DNA of 64,000 nucleotides from Desulfobacteraceae bacterium UBA5616 (lineage in GTDB: Bacteria; Desulfobacterota; Desulfobacteria; Desulfobacterales; UBA5616): assembly GCA_002423615.1 (NCBI GenBank), contig DIKO01000047.1, positions 5,947 to 69,946 of the forward strand, read 5' to 3'. The first letter of the stretch is position 1. Each line of letters starts with the position of its first letter. Positions 36,913-44,446 of the stretch are shown one piece after another. The notes under the pieces were generated by a model. It searched no databases, was not told the DNA's origin, and worked only from the letters and a program-made list of their open reading frames with translations. The translations under genes and the position numbers were made by a program.

Positions 36913-37722
36913 ATGTTTTTTCGCAGAAATTTAACTCCTGAGCAAAGAGAAAGACTCGATGGATTGAGCCCTGTTATCCTGATGGGAAGAGGGCATTCCG
37001 GCACCCGGGTATTTGCATGGGCATGTCAAACTTTAGGGATCAGACTCGGCATATCCGCATCGAAACTGTCCGGGGATGCTGAGGATCTTAAATTTACCAG
37101 TGAAATCAAAAAAATCGCAATCAACTGTTTCCATTACCAAACCCCTGAAGACCCGACGAATCGGGAACTGGAACGGTTGCGCCAAGCCATCTGGAAATAT
37201 TATCAAAAACTTGGATCTCCCCAGGGACTTTGGGGATGGAAATTCCCGGAAACCTGCCTGATTACGCCGATGCTCTTCAAGGTTTTGCCCCGGGCCAGAT
37301 TTATCCATATTGTCAGAGACGGGCGCGACATCGCATTTAAACGTCATTTAACCGACGACCCCAAGCGCACCCTGGGGAAAAAAATATTAAAGCACCTGAA
37401 TGCACTGAACCTTCCTCATCATGTTCAGGCCGCTTTATCATGGGCCTATCAGGTTGACCTGTTTGATCGCCTGAAATCAACCCTTCCTCCCGGTCATCTG
37501 CTGGAAATCAAATTTGAGTCCATGTGCCTGAATCCATTTTCAGAAACGCAAAAGATCTGCCGGTTCTTAAACATCCCCATGACACCGGAGTGCGAACACT
37601 ACCTTGCCCATAAGATAAATCCCAAAAAAGTCGCCCAATATAAGGAACATGATGCCGGTGAGGTTGCTGAAGTCGAAAAACACATCGGCCCTCTGCTGAA
37701 ACGGCATGGATATACCCCATGA
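36913..37722 (+). CDS. sulfotransferase family protein
   Basis: 5'-PSB-like P-loop ILMGRGHSGTRVF and 3'-PB-like motif RFIHIVRDGRDIAFKRH. ATG at 36913 follows GGAG at 8-nt spacing; the ORF track uses GTG at 36904. Opposite strand to both neighbours. Confidence 0.75.
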   Translation: MFFRRNLTPEQRERLDGLSPVILMGRGHSGTRVFAWACQTLGIRLGISASKLSGDAEDLKFTSEIKKIAINCFHYQTPEDPTNRELERLRQAIWKYYQKLGSPQGLWGWKFPETCLITPMLFKVLPRARFIHIVRDGRDIAFKRHLTDDPKRTLGKKILKHLNALNLPHHVQAALSWAYQVDLFDRLKSTLPPGHLLEIKFESMCLNPFSETQKICRFLNIPMTPECEHYLAHKINPKKVAQYKEHDAGEVAEVEKHIGPLLKRHGYTP

Positions 37723-37741
37723 AGGCGCTCTCCTTATCAAA

Positions 37742-38803
37742 TCATTTTCCGTCCTGAATACCGATCCTTGAGAGCTTTTCCCTGTTTTTACGGATCTTTT
37801 CATCCCTCCAGGCGATGAACCGCTCTGTTTTCCCCGAAAGGTCCTTCAGATCTTTCAAAAGGTCGACACAGGACTGAATATCATCGTAAATATAGTGGGC
37901 GTCTTCGTTCAGAGACCAGGCTTTCGCGTTTTCACGGGAAATCACCATGGGTTTGCCATAAGCCGCGGCATGTGAAAGCGTTGCCGTCGTTTTATCACTG
38001 AAATACCGTTTCTGATCCGGGCCCAGAAGCGGCATGAGCAGATCACAACCCTCTATCTCATTGTAGAAGGACCTGTCGTCCAGTGATTCATGAAGCCGGA
38101 AATAGCTTTCCAGGTCATGTTCCCGGATCAAATCCCGAAGTTTTTTGCCGTCCTTATGGTTGTTGGCGCCGATAATGTTGATTAAGACGCCTTCTGTTTT
38201 CAATTCCTTAAGCTTCCTGCAGACCTCGATCAGGAACCCGTAATCCCTGCGCTTGAAATTTACCCATCCCTGAATACCGATAATGACCGGGGAGGACATT
38301 TTCACTTTCCCACGGGTCGGATAGGGTTTGAAAAAAGGAAGCAAAAACCCGTCCAGCGGCAGTCTTTCTCTGAATGCTTCAAAAACGGTTTCACTCAAGA
38401 CAAAATAATGTTCATTCTTTTCTTTCTGTAATGCAAACTTCCTGGGGTTATGTATAACCGCAATTTTCCTTTCAGCAGTAAGGCCTTTAAATATTTTTTG
38501 ATTTCTGTGCGGTTCAATGGAGTTCAATACCACCGCATCCGCATCGAGGCTATGAATGAGTTTCTGGATTTTTCTCCTGAATACCGGAATTCGCAACCCC
38601 AGGTTCTGGATCAGGAAATAGCCCGGCCGACTGATAACGCATTCAACATGTTCATACACTTCCGCCAGTTCCTTCTGCACGCCCGGAAGACAATAATAAT
38701 GGAACCGTAAAACATCGGGCTTAAACAAAAAGGGAAGCAGATTCTCGTATATGGGAAAAATTTCCGTGTGGTATTTATTGAGTTCGATAACAAGCACATT
38801 CAT
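37742..38803 (-). CDS. uncharacterised protein, probable GT-B-fold glycosyltransferase
   Basis: 353 aa. Only the C-terminal part resembles GT-B sugar-donor domains (FYNEIEGCDLLMPLL ... TLSHAAAYGKPMVIS). No canonical E-x7-E motif and no family I can name. Confidence 0.4.
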   Translation of the reverse strand: MNVLVIELNKYHTEIFPIYENLLPFLFKPDVLRFHYYCLPGVQKELAEVYEHVECVISRPGYFLIQNLGLRIPVFRRKIQKLIHSLDADAVVLNSIEPHRNQKIFKGLTAERKIAVIHNPRKFALQKEKNEHYFVLSETVFEAFRERLPLDGFLLPFFKPYPTRGKVKMSSPVIIGIQGWVNFKRRDYGFLIEVCRKLKELKTEGVLINIIGANNHKDGKKLRDLIREHDLESYFRLHESLDDRSFYNEIEGCDLLMPLLGPDQKRYFSDKTTATLSHAAAYGKPMVISRENAKAWSLNEDAHYIYDDIQSCVDLLKDLKDLSGKTERFIAWRDEKIRKNREKLSRIGIQDGK

Positions 38804-38821
38804 TTTACAGGCCCGTTCACT

Positions 38822-39199
38822 TCAGGAATAATCCGCATATTCTTTTTCCTCGACCAGTTCCGAACCATGGGAGAGGTTCAATTTCCGCTTTATTGCCGCC
38901 CGCTCGTCGTTGTTGATATAAACACTGCGTGCGAGCTGGATAAATTCCGCGTCGAATTCTTTTTCGGCTTCTTTTCGCCGGATTTTATCCTCAATATCCC
39001 ACAGTTTCAGATTAACTGTTTCAAGTTCCCGGTAATATTTTGGATCAACAACGATTCCCGCCCGGTCCAGCGAGGATTTCAACATGCCGTATTCCCTGCG
39101 GATGTTGCCGAGTTTCTCCAGATTCTTAATTTTTCGCAGTTTAATGGATAAAATGGTGATTTTATCAACTATTTCGCCGATGGAAACTTCAATTAACAT
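38822..39199 (-). CDS. small helical protein, DUF6165-like (function unknown)
   Basis: 125 aa. IGEIVDKITILSIKLRKI ... LWDIEDKIR ... FIQLARSVYINNDERAAIKRKLN matches my recollection of a conserved roughly 130-aa family found beside glycosyltransferases. The family name is recalled, not verified. Confidence 0.5.
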   Translation of the reverse strand: MLIEVSIGEIVDKITILSIKLRKIKNLEKLGNIRREYGMLKSSLDRAGIVVDPKYYRELETVNLKLWDIEDKIRRKEAEKEFDAEFIQLARSVYINNDERAAIKRKLNLSHGSELVEEKEYADYS

Positions 39200-39467
39200 G
39201 GTTGCCGCCTGTTTTTCTTTCCAGGTGTTTCAATTAATCTCCGGCCGATTATTGTCGCATTTTTATAAAAAGCGCCTGTAAATGTAAATCTATTTCTCAC
39301 GTTCAGCGAGATTTCAGCAAACGGCATCAACTATATTTTTAACGCATTGATCTTTATGGCATTGAAAAATACTCTCCGAGTGTGCTATGCAGAAAGATGA
39401 TATTTTTGATGAAGGCCTGTATCCATGGTTTAAATCCGGATGAGGACCAAGCGGAGAGGAGGGCGTG

Positions 39468-40196
39468 ATGAAAAAAATAATACCATTGATATTTTTATTC
39501 ATACTCCTGATATCCCCACAACTCGAAGCTGTTTTTTTCGACAGCCACAATGGAGAAGTCGTGGAGGGATATGCCTTTGACAAAGGGTTAAGCGACGGCG
39601 TCATTACCTCCGGGTTAAGGGAAGCCCTGACGATTTCAACGCAAAAGGCCGTCGACAGCCTTTCCGTGGAGAATGGATATTTTGATAATCCCGCGGTTAA
39701 AATAAGAGTTCCTGAAAAAGTGCGGACCATTGCTGAAGATTTACGGAAAATCGGGTTTTATAAAACCGTTGATGAATTTGAACGAAGTATGAACCGGGCG
39801 GTTGAGATGGCGGCTCCCATGGCAACACCCATATTCATCAGCAGCATCAAGGAAATGGCATTCGACGACGCCAGGAAAATCTTAAACGGCGGAGACTTCG
39901 CCGCAACGGAATATTTCAGAAAAAAAGCGTCTCATCGATTGTATGAAACCTTTAAGCCCATGGTTTCCGAAACCCTGAACCAGGTCAAAGCCGCCAAAAA
40001 ATATAAAAAAATGATCGAAAATTATGCCGCACTGATTCCCTTCCCGGAAACCCAGATCATTGACCTGGACCGGTATGTTGCGGAAAAGGGCATTGACGGT
40101 TTTTTCCTGATGATGGCTGAAGAAGAAAAAAAGATCAGAACCGACCCCGTTGCCCGAACGACGAATCTTCTGAAACAAGTGTTCGGCCAATCCTGA
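39468..40196 (+). CDS. DUF4197 domain-containing secreted protein
   Basis: Signal peptide MKKIIPLIFLFILLISP. GLREAL, NPAVKIRVPEK, MNRAVEMAAP, GGDFAATEYFRKK, DLDRYVAEKGIDGFF and EEEKKIRTDPVARTTNLLKQVFG fit the DUF4197 pattern as I recall it. ATG at 39468 follows GGAGAGGAGGG. Confidence 0.7.
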   Translation: MKKIIPLIFLFILLISPQLEAVFFDSHNGEVVEGYAFDKGLSDGVITSGLREALTISTQKAVDSLSVENGYFDNPAVKIRVPEKVRTIAEDLRKIGFYKTVDEFERSMNRAVEMAAPMATPIFISSIKEMAFDDARKILNGGDFAATEYFRKKASHRLYETFKPMVSETLNQVKAAKKYKKMIENYAALIPFPETQIIDLDRYVAEKGIDGFFLMMAEEEKKIRTDPVARTTNLLKQVFGQS

Positions 40197-41231
40197 ATGC
40201 CCAAAATACCGGCTAAAAGAATCTGTCTGATCCGCCTGTCCGCGCTGGGGGACGCCGTTCATGCGCTGGCCCTGGCCAATGGATTACGGCAGGGGTATCC
40301 GGACGCCCATCTCACCTGGATCATCCAGCCTCTGCCCCATGAGCTGGTCAAATACCAGCCCGCCATTGATCAGTTTATCATCGTTGAGAAGAAAGGCGGC
40401 CTCAGATTCTGGGGAAACCTCTTTCGGCAGCTCCAGGAGAAACGGTTTGACCTGGCGATCATTCCCCAGGTGAGTTTTCGGTCAAGCTTCATTGCGGCCC
40501 TGGTTCGGGCTGACATTAAGCTGGGATTTGACTTCAACCGCTCGAGGGAACTGTCATGGGCATTCACCAACCGGCATATACCCCCCGGAAAACCCGGTCA
40601 TGTTCAGGACCAGTTTTTTGAATTTCTGGATTTTCTGGGCATCTCAGGCTACCGGAAAGAGTGGAAATTTGTTTTCACCCACGAGGAATTAGCCTGGCAG
40701 CGGGATTTTTTTTCCCGGATCGATCGCCCGGTCATTTCGTTTGTCGCGGCAACCTCTGACCCTGAAAAAGACTGGCATGCCGATGGATACGCCGCCGTCA
40801 TGGATTATGTGGACTTTAAACTGGGGTTCCAGCCCATGATCGTGGGGGGACCCAGCAGGCGGGAAAATGAAATTGCAAAGCAGATTGTGGCAAAATGTTC
40901 CGGTTCGCCTGTTGTGGCCCTGGAAAAACCCGTCCGCAAGACAATGCTTCAGCTGGCAGGATCCTCAATGGTGGTTTCCCCGGATACGGGTCCCCTTCAT
41001 GCGGCCGTCGCCCTGGATGTGCCCACCGTCGGCCTTTACGGGCCATCCGATCCCAGAAGATGCGGTCCATACCAAAAATTTCAGGATCTGTTGATCGACA
41101 AATACAGCAATCCCGGGGAAGAAAATACCGCTATCACGCGCAAACTCCGAAAAGGCCGAATGCTCGCCATCTCTCCGGAAGAAGTGATGGAAAAAATACG
41201 TTTCGGTATTGGAAAATACATCCGGCAATGA
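40197..41231 (+). CDS. glycosyltransferase family 9 (ADP-heptose:LPS heptosyltransferase)
   Basis: 344 aa with RICLIRLSALGDAVHALALANGLRQGYPDAHLTWI and C-terminal SPDTGPLHAAVALDVPTVGLYGPSDP. Whether it is WaaC or WaaF cannot be decided by eye. Confidence 0.85.
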   Translation: MPKIPAKRICLIRLSALGDAVHALALANGLRQGYPDAHLTWIIQPLPHELVKYQPAIDQFIIVEKKGGLRFWGNLFRQLQEKRFDLAIIPQVSFRSSFIAALVRADIKLGFDFNRSRELSWAFTNRHIPPGKPGHVQDQFFEFLDFLGISGYRKEWKFVFTHEELAWQRDFFSRIDRPVISFVAATSDPEKDWHADGYAAVMDYVDFKLGFQPMIVGGPSRRENEIAKQIVAKCSGSPVVALEKPVRKTMLQLAGSSMVVSPDTGPLHAAVALDVPTVGLYGPSDPRRCGPYQKFQDLLIDKYSNPGEENTAITRKLRKGRMLAISPEEVMEKIRFGIGKYIRQ

Positions 41232-42238
41232 AAATACTGCTTGTCCAAACCAGTTTTCTGGGAGACACCATCCTTTCGACACCGGTCATTTCCGCCATTC
41301 ACCAGGCCCACCCAGGCGCCGTTCTTTTTATGATGACGACCCCGCAATCAGCGTCCCTGGTCCGGTACGACCCGCTTCTTACCGGCATTATCCCGTTTGA
41401 TAAACGAAACTCCCATGCCGGCATTCCAGGCATCATGCGGATGGCCCAACAATTGCGTTCGATGAATTTCGACATGGCCTATGTGCTTCACCGCTCCTAC
41501 CGCACCGCCATCCTGATGAAACTGGCAAAGATACCGGTCCGCATCGGGTTCAGGGATGCAAAACTGAACTGCCTTTATTCGGAAACAAGGCCCCGGAACC
41601 CGGCCAGCCATGACGTATTGCGAAACCTGTCTTTAATCGAAAAAGAGCTTCCCCTGAAATTTCAGAACCCTGAACTGCGCCTTTTCCCACCGGAAAAACA
41701 GGATGTGGGTGAAAACATCCGGAAAGCGCTCGGTTCTGTCATATCCCCGGTTGTTCTGGTTCCGGGAAGTGTCTGGGCTACGAAGCGGTGGGCGTGGGAG
41801 GGATTTCGGGAAACGGCCAGGCATTTCATCCTCCGCGGACATCCGGTTCTCATCGTGGGGGGGCCGGAGGACAGGGCGCTTTCGGAAAAAATCGCCATGG
41901 GGCTGGATGTCGTGAATTTAACCGGCGAGTCCGGCATCGCCGATGTCATGCATATAATCCGGCAATCGCGTCTGGTGATCTGCAACGACAGCATGGCCAT
42001 GCATATCGCCTGTGCCTTCAAAATTCCCGTGGTTGCGATTTTTTGCGCCACCACCGCATCCCTGGGGTACACCCCCTGGAAAAACAACAGCATCCTCCTC
42101 GAAAAAACGGATCTTGACTGTAAACCCTGCGGGAGGCACGGCGGGAATCGCTGTCCCACGGGAACGTATGCGTGTATCGAGGGGATTACACCGGAGCGGG
42201 TAATTGAAGCGGGAACCCGGCTGCTTGAAAAATCATGA
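41228..42238 (+). CDS. glycosyltransferase family 9 (second heptosyltransferase)
   Basis: ATGA overlap with the previous gene. MKILLVQTSFLGDTILSTPVISAIHQ and CNDSMAMHIACAFKIPVVAIF motifs. The ORF track extends it upstream to 40895 in a frame overlapping the first GT9. Confidence 0.85.
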   Translation: MKILLVQTSFLGDTILSTPVISAIHQAHPGAVLFMMTTPQSASLVRYDPLLTGIIPFDKRNSHAGIPGIMRMAQQLRSMNFDMAYVLHRSYRTAILMKLAKIPVRIGFRDAKLNCLYSETRPRNPASHDVLRNLSLIEKELPLKFQNPELRLFPPEKQDVGENIRKALGSVISPVVLVPGSVWATKRWAWEGFRETARHFILRGHPVLIVGGPEDRALSEKIAMGLDVVNLTGESGIADVMHIIRQSRLVICNDSMAMHIACAFKIPVVAIFCATTASLGYTPWKNNSILLEKTDLDCKPCGRHGGNRCPTGTYACIEGITPERVIEAGTRLLEKS

Positions 42239-42972
42239 ACGACCTTCGGATCCAAAAAATCGGCCGATATACGGTCGGATATACCGAATCATGGCTTGAA
42301 CCGTATATTGAAAATATCACGGAGATTATACAGGTTCCGGCCGGAAACTCCGAAAATACCCTGGGGGGAAGGCGAAAAGTCCCTGTTGTCGAACTGGCGC
42401 CGGGAACAAGAGCTGCCGTGAAGCATTACGCCAGAGGCGGGCTTTTGGGCCATTTTGTCAAAGAAACCTATCTCAAATGGGGTAAAGCACGTTCCCGGAA
42501 AGAATTTGAATGGCTGCAGCGGGTGAGGCTTCTGAATATCCGGGCGCCTGAGCCACTGGCATTTGTCTTTCAGGGAAGAAGGTTCAGTCGATGCTGGCTC
42601 CTTACCGGTGAAATCGAGGATCATGAAACCCTGGCCGATTATCATTTTTCCGGACACCAGCAGGCCGAAAACATCATGGCTGATCTGGCGTCCCAGGTGG
42701 GAGTCCTGATTTCAAACAAAATCCTCCATGTGGACCTGCATCCCGGAAACGTTTTAATCGATCCCTCCGGCCTGTGCCATATCATCGATTTTGATAAAGC
42801 CCGCTGGTTTTGGGGCGGAATAAAACGTTTATCCAGCCGATACCTTTCGAGGTGGCAAAGGGCGGTCCTCAAACACCGCCTTGATCCCATGCTGGTTCAT
42901 GCCTTTGAAAAAAACCTTCATGCCGTCACCGGATCAGCTCGACGATGGCGGCCGCCAGCAGAGGGATCATGA
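42235..42972 (+). CDS. kdkA: 3-deoxy-D-manno-octulosonic acid (Kdo) kinase-like LPS kinase
   Basis: 245 aa. AAVKHYARGGLLGHFVKETYLKWGKARSRKEFEWLQRV and HVDLHPGNVLIDPSG..HIIDFDKA parallel my recollection of KdkA (RHYYRGGL ... HTDLNAHNIL ... LDFDK). ATGA overlap with the preceding GT9. Confidence 0.7.
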   Translation: MNDLRIQKIGRYTVGYTESWLEPYIENITEIIQVPAGNSENTLGGRRKVPVVELAPGTRAAVKHYARGGLLGHFVKETYLKWGKARSRKEFEWLQRVRLLNIRAPEPLAFVFQGRRFSRCWLLTGEIEDHETLADYHFSGHQQAENIMADLASQVGVLISNKILHVDLHPGNVLIDPSGLCHIIDFDKARWFWGGIKRLSSRYLSRWQRAVLKHRLDPMLVHAFEKNLHAVTGSARRWRPPAEGS

Positions 42973-43876
42973 TTTCATGGTGCCCTGTTATGGAATACCC
43001 CTTGCCGCCCGGAAGGACCGGTCGCCGTACCACATTTTCATTGGGGCGGTAATGTTGAATCATATCAAAATTCGCCGTGGTGAACCGGCGGACATCATGA
43101 CCGATATTCCTGGCCACGGACAGGCATTTGAGAAATACCTCGGGCAGAATCACCGCACTGCCGAAATTTATGACCACACCGCCGTTGCCCAGCCCGGACA
43201 CGGTTTCCGCCAGAATGCGGAAATCCCTGAGAGAAGCTTCCCCGATGGCCGATCCGTCGGCACCGGGGTGCTGATGAACGATATCGGTCCCCAGGGCCAC
43301 ATGAATGGTATACGGAATGTTCAGTTCATAACAGTTGGCGATAAGCGTTCTTTTCCCAAAAGGAGCGCCTTGTTCGATGAGGCATCTCCCGATGGCCTCC
43401 CCAAACCCTTCCATTTCGGGAATGGCATTTTTAACGCCTTTGTTGATAAAATCCGCAAGGTCGGCAGCCATGCCGAAGGCCCCGGTTTCCAGCTGAATAT
43501 CCACATCCTCGGAAGTTCGTCCGAAAAGGGCGAGTTCCGTATCGTGAATGGCGGCGGATCCATTGGAAGCAAAATGCGATACGAGACCCCTCCCGGCCAG
43601 GTCGATCAAAATCGGGCTGCACCCGGTTTTGATCACGTGGCCCCCCAGCATGACGATAACCGGTTTGCCGAGGTGTTTGGCTTCGACCACGGAACGGGCG
43701 ATGGCTTTGAGGTCATTGGCCTTAAGGATCCCCGGCATGCGGTCTAAAAATTCCTTTACCGTCATCCCCGGATAGGGCGGTTTTCCTTCCTGGGCCGTTT
43801 CCACTTTGGATCTGCGTTCTGAAGCGGCGTAGGTATGGATCAGATCCAGATTGATTTCCCTGTATCGCGACATCAA
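42926..43876 (-). CDS. deoxyhypusine-synthase-like (DS-fold, probable NAD-binding) protein of unknown function
   Basis: 316 aa. PVIVMLGGHVIKTGCSPILIDLAGRGLVSHFASNGSAAIHDTELAL aligns by eye with the DHS block (LGYTSNIISSGLREII..L...G.VDVIVTTAGGVEEDFIKAL), and the C-terminus GHHEIMIPLLAAAIV with GDATIIFPLL. The DHS catalytic SWGK lysine motif is not seen. Last gene of the gmhA-hldE-gmhB string. Confidence 0.5.
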   Translation of the reverse strand: MMSRYREINLDLIHTYAASERRSKVETAQEGKPPYPGMTVKEFLDRMPGILKANDLKAIARSVVEAKHLGKPVIVMLGGHVIKTGCSPILIDLAGRGLVSHFASNGSAAIHDTELALFGRTSEDVDIQLETGAFGMAADLADFINKGVKNAIPEMEGFGEAIGRCLIEQGAPFGKRTLIANCYELNIPYTIHVALGTDIVHQHPGADGSAIGEASLRDFRILAETVSGLGNGGVVINFGSAVILPEVFLKCLSVARNIGHDVRRFTTANFDMIQHYRPNENVVRRPVLPGGKGYSITGHHEIMIPLLAAAIVELIR

Positions 43877-43886
43877 TTCTTATCCT

Positions 43887-44438
43887 TTATGTTAACACAC
43901 CCCGAAGGTGGGCCATCAACCCGGCAAGATCCTTGAAAATCGCCGTGGGCGAAAAATTCACGCCGGTGGAGACATTGTCTGAGACCCAGTAAACCTGCCC
44001 GACACCGGCCCTTATCCCGGCCTCGATATCCCTTTCACCGTCCCCGATGAGGATGGATTCCTTCAAATTCAGATTAAATTCCTCTCCGGCCTGCAAGATC
44101 ATCCCCGGAGCGGGTTTCCGACACCGGCAATCGATCCTGAATTCGCTCTTTCCCTCTGTGGGATGGTGAGGGCAATAATACACCTTGGAAATATGGATAC
44201 CGTGTTCAAGGAAGATCCCCAGCATCCAGTCGTTCAACGCCTTGAACTCGTTCAGGGTGAAATACCCTCTGGCGATGCCGGACTGATTGGTGATCATAAA
44301 TATTTTAAAACCGTGATCCTCCAGCATGCGGCAGAGATCGAAAATGCCCTCGCAGAAGACAAAGTCTTCCTTCAGATGCACATAGCCCCTGTCGACATTC
44401 ACAATGCCGTCCCTGTCCAGAAACACCCCTTTTTGCAT
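43887..44438 (-). CDS. gmhB: D-glycero-beta-D-manno-heptose-1,7-bisphosphate 7-phosphatase
   Basis: 183 aa. HAD motif I FLDRDGIVN, Zn-binding insert YYCPHHP...CRCRKP and motif IV GDGERD. Confidence 0.9.
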   Translation of the reverse strand: MQKGVFLDRDGIVNVDRGYVHLKEDFVFCEGIFDLCRMLEDHGFKIFMITNQSGIARGYFTLNEFKALNDWMLGIFLEHGIHISKVYYCPHHPTEGKSEFRIDCRCRKPAPGMILQAGEEFNLNLKESILIGDGERDIEAGIRAGVGQVYWVSDNVSTGVNFSPTAIFKDLAGLMAHLRGVLT

Positions 44439-44446
44439 GATATTTT

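Noticed and set aside
40895-41227. N-terminal 111-codon extension of the second GT9 ORF (447-aa version).
   Set aside because: It overlaps the well-conserved C-terminal half of the first GT9 in another frame and is Arg/Pro/Gly-rich. The canonical heptosyltransferase start MKILLVQTSFLGD begins at 41228 with an ATGA stop/start overlap.
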